A stretch of DNA of 64,000 nt from Marsupella aquatica (Eukaryota; Plantae; Marchantiophyta), in NCBI GenBank assembly GCA_973895155.1, contig OZ316892.1, forward strand, positions 22,421,168 to 22,485,167. The letters run 5' to 3'. Under the pieces are notes generated by a model. That model was not told the DNA's origin. It did not search any database and saw only the letters and a list, made by a program, of their open reading frames with translations. The translations under genes were made by a program, and so were the position numbers. Position 1 is the first letter of the stretch; each line of letters opens with the position of its first letter. Of this stretch, positions 48,090 through 61,825 are shown piece after piece.

Positions 48090-49690
48090 TGTATAATAAG
48101 CAAGAGTCTACATTTTTATATAAACTAAAAGGTTGGCTATAAAAACAGTCATCTAACTTTCAAAAAATTTGGGTTTTTCACACTCATGTTGTAATTTCAT
48201 TAAAAGATTTTTAGAATTTTAAAAATATCCTAAAATGTTAGCTAGTTTGGTTGTAGACCGCTGTATTACCACAAACCCTCTAATTTGGGTTTTGATCAAG
48301 TTTTTGTTACAGTAAAACTGGTTTGTTTGATTTTTAGTTACATTTTTGGCCTTGAGTTGAGAGTTACAATAGTTTAGTAGACTATGTAAATTCAACAGGG
48401 CTAATAAAGGGCTTATATCCAAACTAACCAACTTGTTTCTGTAGTCTTGGTTTTTGTAAACAAACCATTTGTGAGAATGGGCAAGATTGCATATTAGAGT
48501 GTTTGATATTGCCTCAGCTTGGCTCTTACTTCTAGAACAACTTATTTGTAATGGCACACTTTGACAAGTGGAATATCTTATCCAATTGAATCATTTGTGT
48601 ACACACAAGGCAAAATGAGTACACTCCCATGTTCATGAAACTCTCAATTAGGGACCCCAATTTAATTCCCTTGCTAGCATGTTAACACTAAAGTGGGGAA
48701 AAGCAAAGTGTGACTGTAACAATTTAACACACTCCCACATTAAATGATAGCAAATATCCCCACTTCAATTGTAGGAATTTAACAACTAGGAGAAAATCTG
48801 TAGAAAAAAGACAACAAGGACAGTTATTTTTTGACTAAGGTTCAAATGTGCATTTCTTTGGTGGGCACATCACGTGTGACAAAAGATAGGGTCATTTTAT
48901 TGGTTCTTAGGGAAAAATTAAAACTTTTGTGGGAAAAACTGTGGTCTTTTAGATCACACAATTTTGACTTGTAAGAAGATTACAGTTTTTCTAATCAAAA
49001 TTTTGGAATTCTACAAGAATATTCTAGCTTTATACCTGGGTATGCAACCCTTGTATAATAGGCAGGGGTCTACATTTTTAGATGGACTAAAAAGTTGGTT
49101 ATCCAAAATAATTAAACTTGGGTTTACCACTTTAAAGATTTTTCAAGTTAAATTAAAGGTTCAGTTTCTCTTATTTTTCCACATGTTGTAATACTTATTA
49201 AATATTTTAAGTACATTAATAGAAGTCCTAAAAAGCTGGCTAGTTTGGCTGTAGAACCTTGTATTAAAAAAAACCATATAATTTGGTTTTGATCAACTTT
49301 TTATACATCAAAGCAAGTTCAATTTATTTCTCAAAGTTACATCTTTGGATTACAGGACTTTAGTATATCGACTAAAATGAAATCTAAGCAGGTTAATTGG
49401 ATATAAGCACAATGCAAGGCAAAATGGACATGCCACTCCCATGATGGTAAAACTCCCACTTAGGGACCCTTTTCCCTAGCATGCTAACACTAGAGTGGGG
49501 AAAAGCACAAAGTGTGTAAAGTGAAAACAATCCCACATTACATGATAGGGAATATTCACCACTTCAAATGTACAAATTTAGCAAGTTGGAAAAACTCCAG
49601 AGAGAATGGGGATAAGTATTTTTTTACTCAGATTCAGACTTAATTAGTTTGATTTCTTTTGTGTGCAATTTAATTTTGTGGATAAGTGCA
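48090..49690 (+). repeat. Old degenerate tandem duplication (~960-bp period), probably TE-derived
   Basis: Paired blocks: GTCTACATTTTTA (48105/49067), GCTAGTTTGG(T/C)TGTAGA (48241/49239), CAAGGCAAAATG...CACTCCCATG...TTAGGGACCC...CTAGCATG(T/C)TAACACTA(A/G)AGTGGGGAAAAGC (~48606/~49415). Confidence 0.75.
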
Positions 49691-51249
49691 TCATTAATTA
49701 CATACATCATTACCAGGCCATTTAGAATTCATTGACATTGTTTGAAATTTTTAAATTGTTGCTATTGGTTAAAGATTATGGGCAGTTTTAGTGTTTGTAG
49801 GTAAGTTTACAAACCCTCACATGAGCATGAGAGAGTTGACAACCTCCACTTATAACAAGGAGATAACGCAAATCCTATGAGATTGTCTTTTTTGTAAGTA
49901 GGATCTAGGAACAGCAACATTAAACTAGGTAAACTCCCCACATAATTAAGGTAGGATAAACTTGATTTCCTACCTGGGGACGTGACAGTTTTGCCTTGAA
50001 TGTGAAGGCCATCATAAGGAAGCCATTTCTTGGAAAACTTGCTTGATGCCTTTATCGAAAATTTGCTTGATGCCTTTATCGATCAATAAATGCTTGATGC
50101 GATCCGATCCTGGCTGGAGAAATATTTCCACCAGCTTTGTTCCGCCAAATTAACTCAGCACCATATTCATCTGGATTTGAGACACTGCGCGTTGATGAGT
50201 TAATATACATGATTGTTTGAAGAATATCTTAGCTAGAAATGGGCGTAGTCATCAGTGATTAGTCTATAACATCACACATATTTAATTCTTGTAGTACTCT
50301 TATGGGGACTCCTATTTGCACATACATCAATATGAATTTCTGAAAGGACAAACTTATCCTAGTTGTCAATAAGATTAGTTAAGTGGTTTGTAATAAAATT
50401 TCCATCCAGATAGAAGGGTGAAGAAATTAAATGGATGCAGGTTGTGGTAGATTTGATAAGTACAATAATGACAAGCTTGTGTTTTGTTGCCTTGAAGAGA
50501 CTGTTTGGCTGAGTAGAAGCATACCACTAGTTTATAATTTCATCGTTTTCAAATATCACAGTGAAGACAGTATTGTTGGCTCACTTTTTTTTGCCAAAAT
50601 TGCTGAATACTTATTCCCTAAGTGAAGACTGCTAAATGAACTTTTAGAAGTGTTGTTGCTTGGAATATACATAAGACTCTGTTAGGCTAGGTGGCACCAT
50701 ACCCCTTGATTGTAATTACACCATAATTGTCATTTTGCTAGAAGAGTAGAGAGCATCCCAGATGGCAGATATAGAAGTCTGCAACTCAAGTACCAGCTCA
50801 AGGACTGAATTAAATCCCCTCTTTGATGAACGCTTGTTTCCTGTGTGACCACAAATCATATAGAAGTTTAAACCACAAATAAGTCATATAAAACATTTAA
50901 ACAAAACATGAAGTATGGCAGAAGCATCTCTATCCCTCATTAGCAAGGAATCCTAATTAAGAATTCCTCTCCTTCATCATGCCAAGTTGCTTTCATAAAA
51001 CTTGAACCAGTTCAGGAAACTTAGTTCTCTGGACATACCCTGCTACATTAAAAGGGGAACTCCACCCAGGCTAGTATTATCAATTAAATGAACACAAGCA
51101 AGGCTCACAAACGGCAGCACAGGCTCAGCATCCTCCGGTCGAGCTAAATGGCAAGAAACAGCAGCACGTACTTCTCTCCACGAATTGAGCCGAAATGATC
51201 AGGCGAAATCGAGACAAAACAATGAGGAGAAATCAAGCTAATACAACGA

Positions 51250-51720
51250 TGAGCAAACAACAAGCTATGGCAGTCACAAAGTATAGCAAGCTTGGCAGCA
51301 AGGCGAGCTGTTTTGTTTCCCAATGTTATGGCAGTGAGTCGAGCATTAGGCAAGGAGTGGGAGGAGGAGCAGGCGAGCGAGTTCAGCAGCAGGCAAGTAG
51401 CGAGGTTGGCAACGAGTGGAGCAGCTGGCTATGGCAGCCACGAAGTCTTGGGAGCTCATTTTGAAGCGGTGGCAGGTCAAGCAGCAGGCAAGCAAGTGGA
51501 GCAGCGAGGTTTGCAGCGAGTCGAGGAGCAGGCGAGCAGATGGCTATGGCAGCCACTAAATCTTGGGAGCTCGAAGCGGTGGCAGCAAGTCGAGAATCAC
51601 GCAAGCATGAGGAGAGCAAGTCGAGCAGCATCTGTTGGCAGCGAGGTTGGTACTCGCAACTGGCTATGGAGCAAGTCTTGGCTCACAGCAGCAAGCAGCA
51701 GCCGCAGCTGTTACCAAGTG
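51250..51720 (+). repeat. Degenerate GCAGCA/GCGAG-rich minisatellite (~115-125-bp period)
   Basis: GCGAGGTT(G/T)G...TGGCTATGG(C/A)GC...TCTTGG recurs near 51400, 51505 and 51640. Confidence 0.6.
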
Positions 51721-52498
51721 CTAGGGCTGGGAGGGGGGGGGGGCTGCAATTAAATGCCGGGAGGGCTGCTCCCTGTGAGCGACGGGCGCGGCACCCTGCA
51801 CTGTGCCTGACTTGGGCAGAGTGACCCATACGCACGGGCAGGCTGGGAGGGCCTTTAATTATACCCCGAGTGGTGGGCTTGAAGCATGAGTATTTACCTG
51901 TAAGTACCCCTGGTTTTGAATTGCATCATTTCCATCCATCAAGAAGACTGGAGAATATTGAAAATGGCAGCGGCAGGCTTGTTACAGGATGAAGTTTTAA
52001 ACCTTGTTTCGTGAAAAGTCATATATTCCCTGAATAAAATCGGCTACCAAATCATTTAATCAAGTTACTTTCCAATTGAAGTGTGCATAAGAGCCTTTGT
52101 TTGGCTATGTTGCAGCATACCACTGGTTTGTAATGCACCACGCGCGTCCATCAGGCAAGAAGAATGAAGAATGTTCACAAAGACATTGACTGACTCGCCA
52201 CTACAAGGAAGCCTACTCTAATTGTCTGGAAACTCATTGGCTGAATAATTAAAGATGGCTACCAGTTGTCATCGAAGACTTTTGCGTCATACAAACGCCT
52301 TGGGCTAGGTGGCAGCGCACATACAGCTGGCTTATAACTAGTCGCACCATTTCCACCAGGCAAGAAGCGTGGAGAATACGGAAGGTTTGGCATTTGGCTG
52401 ACCACTCCTTCACTGAATGAAGCGGGCCACTTGTAGGGTATTTAAGGGCCATCCTTGCTTGGGTTTTGAAGGCTCCATACAGTAATTGAGAGAAGGTC

Positions 52499-53175
52499 AT
52501 TCACTTTTCAGTCAGATAGCATCGTCGTGAAAGTCAGAAGGCCAGTGCAGTTGTGATTTGCCGCAGGGATTGTAGCTGTCAGGTGTGAGGCATCTACGAA
52601 GGGTACATTCTCTTGTTAGTATGATCACACACCATTGCATACTTCTGCTTCCGTTGAATCTAGCTAACTCCTGCTTTGAAAGACCAACATGCCATAGTTT
52701 TCTTCATCTAGGGTTTTGAAATCCGACATTTTTCAGGCAGATTGCGTCGTGAAAAGCCAAAAGACTTGGCAGTGTAGCTGTCAGGTGCGGGAGGATTGTG
52801 AGTACGTTGTGGGTCAGTGTAGCTGTCAGGTATGAGCCATCTACCGGGGATAGTTTCCCTGGCTTAGTGTACGTTGTCACACATCATTGCATACTTCTGT
52901 TTCTATTGAATCTCATGATCTGAAGTACAACTGCGCCGCAGTTCTCCATCGAGGGCTTTCGATAATTCACTTTCCAGTCAGATTGCGTCGATCTTCAAAA
53001 GTCATGCCGGTAAAGTGTGGGTTGTGGCACAGTTTGTAGCTGTGAGGTGTGAGCCATCTACGAAGGGTAGTTCGTATGGCTTAGTATGGTCACGCATCAT
53101 TGCAGACTTCTGTTTCTATTGAATGTCATGGTCTTAAGAACAAATGCGCTGCAGTTTCCCATCTAGGGCTTTGAA
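52499..53175 (+). repeat. Three diverged ~215-245-bp tandem repeats immediately upstream of anthranilate synthase
   Basis: CAGAT(A/T)GC(A/G)TCG...GTAGCTGT(C/G)AGGT...CATCTAC...CATTGCA(T/G)ACTTCTG...TTGAAT...CATC(T/G)AGGG in units starting at ~52499, ~52725 and ~52963. Confidence 0.8.
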
Positions 53176-53308
53176 GAATGCATGTTTTCTAGTGGCTTTC
53201 TTTGCATGTGTATCCAGTCCGTCATCGTGAGTGAGTTGCTTGTATGCTATTTGACCATTCCAAACTCACACTACTTTTCTTGACTCTTTTTATCAGATTG
53301 GGTACACA

Positions 53309-56300
53309 ATGGCCATGACCAGTTCGCTACGTCTCTCCTTCGATGTGAAATTCCACAGGAAAGGCCGCGTTGAGAGATGGGAGACGGGGTCCTCCGGACA
53401 AACTTTTCCTTCAGGAAGATGGAATCGAACCATTCAGCAAAGGTTTCTACAAGAAGCAAGGGAAACATTGAAATCAGCTGCCGCCCTCCTACAAGAGAGG
53501 ACGATTACTTCTCAGCAGAAGGGAGCTATTACAGAGACGTATGCAACTTTCAGCTGTTACGGGAGGAACAGGGCTCGATGTGTGGCTTGCTGTGCGGGGC
53601 CCACTCCCTCTAGCAACCCGGATCCGTCTGAGGGTAACGTATCTTCTTCATTTGTAGCAAACTGAGCTACTTTGCTTACCTACATATTCCATCCGTCAAG
53701 CTTCTTCTTGTTGATTGTTGACTAATTTGAACAGCGATTATTTTCCTTACAAATTCAATCTTTTACTGTTGTTTCTTTGTTGGATGCTTTGTTTCATTAC
53801 TACCTCTTTCGCAGTTGACTTACCGGCCGTTGCAAAACCTAATTAACCTACTTTGAAATTGTGCATCCCCCTGCGGACCTGTTTGAAATATCTTATTATG
53901 TAGGACTCAACCCATGGTCTTGAGGGGACTATGAACTTTAATTCATCCTGGCCTGGAGGGCTGTTAGTTGAAAGGGGTTATAGCCCCGAAAAGGCCTTGG
54001 ATTGTAGGTCCAACCTCTAGTGTATTTTTGCCCCGTATTTCTGGCCCCATCTAACCAAGGGGTTCACTTTAGGGTTTGGGTTCACAGGAGTACGGTCTCT
54101 TCCATTACTTCACTCACGTACCTGTCCCATCTAAGCTAGGAATGCAAGAGTTTGTATGGTCTATTCTGTTCTCAGGATATGGCATGGATCGGATGTCATA
54201 CCTATCTGATATATGGACTATCAATTTTCTTCTGCAGGTACTTGAAGCGTAGGTTGTGAATGTCATTCCTATCTGAATTATGTCTATAATTAATGATCAC
54301 ATGGAACTGTTTGCATGGTGCTTGTCTGCTGCACAGATAAGAAACAATTTTTGGATGCATGCAAGAAGGGAAATCTTGTGCCTCTGTATAGGAAGATCTT
54401 CTCCGATCAACTTACACCTGTGTTAGCATATAGATGCCTTGTGAAGGAGGACGAGAGAGACTCTCCAAGTTTCCTGTTTGAAACCATAGAGCAGGGAAAG
54501 GTCGCAGATTATGAGGTAAGTGATATTAGTTGTCCACTACAATCCGAGTCCTTTGATCAGAACTCGATCATAGAGGCTAGAGGAATATATATATACGATG
54601 GTTGGCCTTTTATCGTACAAATTCTAAATCGTTTAATTAATTAAGTGACAAGCTAAAAGGTCATATTTATGTAATAGTTTTTGGAAATGTTTTCTTTTTA
54701 CAGATAGGCCAAGAGGTTTGCTCTCTATCAAGGCATCTCTCAAACAAACCATTCTGCTAGAGTGAAACTCACTGGGCACCCATATGCTTCCAAATTACCA
54801 GACTCCCTGTCAGATATTGAATATGCTTAACTTGTGACTTTTCTTTCAGGGAAGATTCAGCTCACTCGGAACTCGGCCTGTATTGGAGGTTATTGCCAAA
54901 CAAAACAATGTCACTGTTCTCAATCATGCTAAAGTCTCAAGGGAAGAAAAAACGGTTGAGGACCCCATGAGTGAACCTGAAGTTTTGTCTTCTACGTGGA
55001 AGCCTGTGAAGGTGGATGGCATTCCCGACACGTTCTGTGGTACTCCTATACAAACTGAATACCTATTTTTCTCGATTTTCTAATGCTGATCAGGAAGCAC
55101 ATCAAAGTCAGCCTTGAATATTTCGTATCTTTAATTACCTCTAGGTTTCAATCTTGGCACTACCAAGTCAAATATGTCTACTTTCTTTCAGTTTTCTTAC
55201 TAGCACTAACTAGTAGTCACACCACCTTGGACTCTGATTTTAGATTATGTAGTGAACGAGATCATATATTTACCTTTCAATCATAATTATTCAAAATTTT
55301 CAGGTGGTTGGGTTGGTTACTTTTCATACGATACCATGAGATACGTGGAGAACAAAAAGCTACCGTTCGAAAGTGCGCCAGAAGATGACAGAGGCTTACC
55401 TGATATTCATTTAGGACTATACACGGATGTTGTAGTTTTTGATCATGTCTGTAAGGTGATTTACTAATTCCGGCTTACTTCTACTTTGTTTCGCAAAAAA
55501 AATACATGCAAAATTTTAGCATACCTGGTGGTCCATTGAAAAATCAAGTATCTTGTGTTACACTGCATTCCCTCGATCTCAATAGTAGTAGTCTCTTAAT
55601 TGTGGAAAGAGGAGCTGGGGGTGGGTGGGGGGGAGGAGGCGGGGAGCGACCGGAGGAGGGGGAAGCTAGGGGAGAAGAGGCGGCTTGTAATATTTCAAAG
55701 ACCTTTTATAGAATTGTTGTCATATATTAACAAGCCAGTATTGGGTTTTTGTTTGTGCCACAAACCTGAAGGTTATATATGCCGTACACTGGGTACAACT
55801 GGACAGCTTCGAAACAGCAAACCAAGCTTACCAGGATGGTAAAACGAAGTTGGATCAGCTTGTAGACAGCCTACAAGCTCAGAGGTATGAATAAAGAGTT
55901 CAGTGGCATGATTTACATCTGGTTCTGTGAATTGCATGCACTCCATATCTATATCGCCTTTTAGATACATATATCGAGCAGAAGTTCAGGCTATGGAGTA
56001 ATTAATATGAACTGATCATCCTGCAAAACTAAAAGATTTGTCCTGAGATCTGCCTTTCAGGCCGAAACTTCTATCAGGGACAGTCGACATGAAAATTGGA
56101 AATTTGTGGAAGCCTAATCAAGGGTCAAATATGACTGAGGACGAGTACAAGGCTAAAGTCATGACTGCCAAGGAGCACATCATGGCTGGAGATATTTTCC
56201 AGATTGTTCTCAGCCAGAGATTTGAGCGACGTACAACAGCTGATCCGTTTGAAGTATTTCGTTCTCTAAGAGTTGTTAATCCCAGCCCCTACATGATATA

Positions 56301-58294
56301 TTTGCAGGTTTGGCTCTAGTCTTGAAGCAAAACTTGAAAATTTGGGTGACAATTGTGATACTTACTGTCAAGCTACTTAGAATATGTGAATCAACCAGTG
56401 TGTGCAATCAGTTATCAGAATCTTCAGACCTTATCCTAAACCGGATCAATTTTTTGGAAATGTGAAATTGATTATACGTGCTCAATGGCGAAGGTGTGCA
56501 TATACAGTGAGGCTTAGATCACTATCCTACAGTGGCTTAACCGTAGAGTGTAATACATGCATACTGTGTTAATTCAATGGCATCTATCATAGTGCAGCTA
56601 AGCTGGCTACCTGTACGCACTCGTTTGAATTTAAGTTGCGAACATTAGTGGGTCTAATTAGTTGATCCCATGCATGTCTACTGCGCCCTCCTTATGAAGC
56701 TAGCTAGCTCTATATTGTGCATGCACTGTATTAATCGTAATTAATGGTCTTACAGGCACGAGGATCAACTTTGGTAGGTGCAAGTCCTGAAATTCTGGCT
56801 AGGATTGTGAAGGTACTTACATTTGTGACAGTATAATGCCTTTGAAATCTCCTTATCAAGATCCTTCCGTTTCTCCTGTTACATCTCTGATTTATTTATG
56901 TACACTCGATCGACCTGTACAGCTCTCTTATTGTAATATTTTCTTTCAGGGAAAAGTGATCAATAGGCCTCTTGCTGGAACCAGGAGAAGAGGAAGGAAT
57001 CTTCTAGAAGACCAGCTCCTCGAAAAGGATCTTCGTGGAGACGAGAAAGAGGTAGCAGAACATGTCATGTTGGTGGATCTTGGGAGGAATGATGTCGGAA
57101 AGGTATAATATGGAGTTTGCTTCTTAAACTTTGGTTGGACTATGTCGACGCCCGATTGTGCTTGCTGATAAGATCGATCCAAGTTCCACTATTGAAGAAA
57201 AATCTCGGAGTATGTAACTTTATAGTACGTATGTACCCTAAACCTTTGAGTTGTTCTTCATGGATGGCAGGTTTCAAAGCCCGGCTCAGTAAAAGTGGAA
57301 AGGCTAATGGATGTTGAGCGCTACTCTCATGTTATGCACTTGAGCTCTACTGTAAGTACTTAATTACTTTGTGCTGCATTTTTCAATTCGTTCTGAAAAA
57401 CACTCCACTGTATACATAATTGTAATGCACGAAGGTGCCGGAATCAAATTATTCTAAGTCTCCTGCATCAAGTCCGGAATACACTACTATGGATAAGAGT
57501 GTTATGCAGTGCTTGAGGCTTTCTCGAGACATTGGACTGTTCTGTCAGATGTAGGTTCCGAGACATTGATATTATGCTCTCTCTGTGACTATTAGAATTA
57601 CTATGCATGCATGGCTACATTAGACTTTACCATGCATTATTGGGACAGGTCACTGGGGATCTTAAAGAAGAGATGACGCCCTGGGATGCACTGAGGGCTG
57701 CACTTCCTGTTGGAACTGTCAGTGGAGCACCTAAGGTAATGGAACCAAGTGCGCCGAAACATTTGTTCTTATATATCATGACTGCCTCCGACTGATTATT
57801 CCACAAACTGCTTTCCCTACAGCAAGATCACTAGCAATTCAGCTGTATGTCTTTTCCAGCTATCATCCGGCCAGCCAATCCATTGACTCTTTTATTCACC
57901 TATCGCTTCACTTGAAGAGCAATAAACTTGTGGGTTTGATGGTTATATTTTCTGGACGCAGGTCAGGGCGATGCAGCTCATAGATGAAATGGAACCAACC
58001 AGAAGAGGCCCATACAGTGGTGGTGTTGGACATATTGCATTCACAGGAGAGATGGATATTGCTCTGGCTCTAAGGACAATGGTTTTCCCTACAGATCCTA
58101 ACTTTTGGGAGAATAATACCATGAGTTGCAAGAGTAGTGATATTAATGTTGAGGTTAGCAGTGAGAAGTTGGTGTATTTACAAGCTGGAGCAGGGGTTGT
58201 GGCTGACAGTGATCCAGCATCAGAGCATCAGGAATGTATCAACAAGGCTTCAGGGATGTCGAGAGCCATCGACCTAGCGGAATCTCTTTCTTAG
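53309..58294 (+). CDS. ASA: Anthranilate synthase alpha subunit (component I), plastid-targeted. Exons 53309-53633, 54337-54515, 54850-55039, 55304-55455, 55772-55884, 56061-56307, 56756-56812, 56950-57102, 57271-57351, 57649-57735 and 57962-58294
   Basis: [127 protein letters not shown]...ECINKA; transit-peptide-like exon 1. Confidence 0.95.
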
Positions 58295-61200
58295 ACGAAC
58301 TAACACTTTGAACTATAACCGGAACCAAAAAAACAGCATTGATGAGACTACTAGACCAATTTTCTTGGCCTTTTGGTCACAGAATATTTTGCACACATAC
58401 TATCATCACATAAACCTTTTTTGTGATGAACAGTTTTAGCTTCTGAACACAGCTATTATCAAAAAGGGTTTTTGCTGGGGTTTGCGATATATATGAAGCT
58501 CAACTCTGCCATCCGTATTATGAAGCTTCTTGATTTTACCTTTGATGCTGATCGACTTGGTAGCTAGGTTATACATAAATCTCTGCTCTGATCGAATAAA
58601 TGCTTCGGCCTAAATGCTTCGGCCTAACTTGATATATTGGTCTGGTTTGGCTTTCACTTGATCCGATAGTAGCCCTTAGATCTTACTTTTTCATTGTGCT
58701 TGGTTTGAGTCAGGACAAACAAAAGGAAATAGATAAGGCACAGATGATCGCTCATACTGATTACGCTAGCTAGCTCACTGAATCTTTAACGTACACCGAA
58801 AGGAGGATGCTACCTCGGAATACGCTCATGAGTGGAGATGGTTAATGGCCTCTAATATCGAATCCCCACATCACTGTCGCCATGTACACGGAACAACGCA
58901 TGTCACCTATGGCCCAGGTTAAAGACCAAATTAGCCCACACCATTATACTATGCAGTCAGAAAGGCAGGAAGATAAAGATCACAAGTCCAATATATCTAT
59001 GTTCTGGTGATTATTAGTCGATCCATCTTTAATTTTGCTTTCTTTTCTTACCCTGAGGATTTAAGATAGCTAGGGAGAGATTTTTGAGGCAGGAAGAGAT
59101 ATTTGAATGAAGCAGTCAGAGATAGCTTAAACCACAAGTGCACTTATAAAGAATTAGGGGTGAGATCTTTGAATGAAGTATTCAAGAAAAACTTAAACCA
59201 CAAGTGCACCTATGAAGAGCTAGGGGGTGGGTTACCATCTCATGAATGGGCTTTGAGCTCCACAAAACGTGGCAAGTGCAACATCTTATGGTGAGTAATG
59301 TCTCACATCTTATGGTGAGTAATAAGACATGGAATGAGGCTTTTGTAGGGGCAGGTTTGGTTTAAGGAGTTTGAACACACTACAAATACATGTAATTTCA
59401 AATTGTTTGTTGGACAAATTGTTTCAATTTAATTTTTTGATGTTTGGATGTAATTTCTTCATTTGGATTAACTGAATTAACAAGTGTCCTAAATGGAAGA
59501 ACATTTTGATACTTCACTGAGTATTGTACTTGTGTCGCAAATAAATTAAGTCCTCCCGCCCAACCCTTCCTTAAAGCGGTACCTCCACTGATTAACCTAG
59601 CTCTCCACAAAAATAACTCTGTATGACCCAAATCTGGCAAGAATTCATCACCTAAACCCTAGAAATGTCATCTACCTCGTCCTGATAAATCTATCATGGT
59701 GCCGATCAATCATTTGGAAACCACGTCCCACAACACTGGTATGAATGACAATAGCATGTCAAGAGAGACACATTCCTTTGTAGTGTTTGAATCCCGTTTG
59801 GGTGAAAGATCTGACATTATTTAGTGATGACAAGTTGTCAGAACATTGTGGGCCTGCAAATGTCAAAACCATTCGATGACACTCAATCAACTAGCTACAA
59901 TCCCCCAATAACTTCGTGCCGCTGAACACAATAAAACAAATAGATATCACTGGAATAGATTTTTTAAAGCATTTAATTTAGTGGTGCCAGTACTATTTAG
60001 GCTCTGGGCATTATGACAAGAAGTTAATTAATCATTTGGAACGAAAACCCCTAGTAAGTGAGCTTTACTAAGGATTGATAAGTACACATGCTTCTCTGCT
60101 TCAAGGGATCCACAGAATTATATATGAGACTCTTGAAGCTGTATGTCTCCAGCACTTACTTGTTAGAGAAGCCTCCTTAGGAAGGTATTGTGGTTTGGAA
60201 CCCTAGGGATTTACATGCAAGCTGAGTGTTTGGACCCCACATCCATGGCAGAATCTCCCATTCTGCTTAGATGTGTTAAGATGGAAGAGGACAATATACC
60301 TTTGCAATTGCCCACACAGAATGCCAAATGTCAGTTATCTATGCACATTTAGAAGTGTAGGGGCTCGGCCATAATTGGACCCTTTTAATGTGCACTCTGA
60401 ACATTGTTTGCTGCCAGCCATACAGCGTTCCTTCTCAGATACCTAATTTTCCTGCCCCTAGCACTTTGTCTTGCATTGAATGTCACAAATCCAATCATAC
60501 TTCAAACTTTAATTCAAAATCTCCACCCTGGCTTGATCCAACTCTCCTAGTGGAATCTTACCAAGATGGCTTAGATCAACAATGACCTAGGTAGTTAACT
60601 GGTATGGGCAGGTTTAATCCCAATGCTGAACTTCTCTTTAGGGGTAACCTTGGTCAGAATATGTGCTAGGTTTATTTCAAAATTTAAAAAACTCGGCCTA
60701 GTGAACTTGACTGGGATTGTCATACTAACTGATATATCACGCCATCACCATACATGTACAGCCCACCTGTTCTGCAACTGCCTACAAGCATTCTTGGCAT
60801 CTTCAGCGGATTTCTACTAGGATGACACTCATTGCCCCAAAACAACGTATTTGCTTCACCTCAATATTTTTTGTGCAAAGTACAGGTACCCAATACGTAC
60901 ACCTGGTGAGGGTGGACTTATAGGACGATCGAGCATCGAGCATGGTATCTTGGACAGTCTTAGAACCCAACCCCAAAGACACCTCTTGCAAGACTGAGAC
61001 CCAATTCAGAAGCTGAGAGAAGACCAAGAATATGGGTCCAGGGACCAAGGAAAGGTTTTAGAGCAAAAGGAAATGGTCGACTGAAATATGTTCAAACTAT
61101 TGAAGTTGCATGACATAGTGTACATGTGGCAGGGGATCAGAGTCCCCCTGAACCAATACTAATAAATCTACTTCAAGCCGCAAGAAGGATAAAATTGACA

Positions 61201-61431
61201 TAAAACAAAATGGTCTGTCTTGGTCATTTTAACCATTCTCAATTTGACGGGGGACTCGTACTTGTTGAAAGGATCTCATGTTTTCAGCACTCACCCAGTC
61301 TATGCCCGTCAAATAATAAAAGTAAATGCAGACTTATTTCTTGATATAACGGCCACATATCAAAACCGCAGCTGTTTATTATGTACTTCACAAGAGCTGA
61401 ATTTGAAGAAGTATTTAAATTAATCAAGCGA

Positions 61432-61498
61432 GACAAACTAATCTAATGCTACCTACTGTTAGCAGCAAACTAATCTAATGCTACCTACTGTTAGCAGC
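61432..61498 (+). repeat. 32-bp tandem duplication
   Basis: CAAACTAATCTAATGCTACCTACTGTTAGCAG twice. Confidence 0.9.
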
Positions 61499-61504
61499 AC
61501 ACAC

Positions 61505-61825
61505 TAAGGATGGAGATCTTAAAATTTCTCTCAGGAAAAGGAAGTTAGCTAGATCAGGCCCTTTATTTGGAAGGATAATGTCATCTTCATCAGATCACAT
61601 TTAGGTCCTCTAACCACAACAACAAAAATAACGTACTACTTGGTCAACAAATGTTGTTTCTGGAAAAGGGTCCATGTTTCTGTTCAGAGTTCAAACCTAT
61701 CGGACACAGCAAATGTAGAGGATTAAAAATATTTGACGACAAACTACCATAAGCCTTAGGGCACCCTCTAATTGACCACACAACTGGTATTGTGTTGGCA
61801 CAGAAGGGCTTTCAAGGACATCTAC
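61505..61825 (-). pseudogene. Fragment of the 3' end and 3' flank of an F-box/Kelch paralog
   Basis: Collinear with 45160-45510, including an exact TTAGGGCACCCTCTAATTGACCACACAACTGGT block, plus TGTAGAGGATTAAA and TTGGTCAACAAAT. Confidence 0.85.

Noticed and set aside
51144-51824. Protein-coding gene in the GCAGCA-rich region
   Set aside because: Overlapping low-complexity ORFs in several frames arise from a degenerate minisatellite; no domain or splice structure
59100-61100. Possible gene or TE relics downstream of anthranilate synthase
   Set aside because: Only short local duplications (59100-59225, 59281-59322) and motif-less ORFs; nothing I could assign
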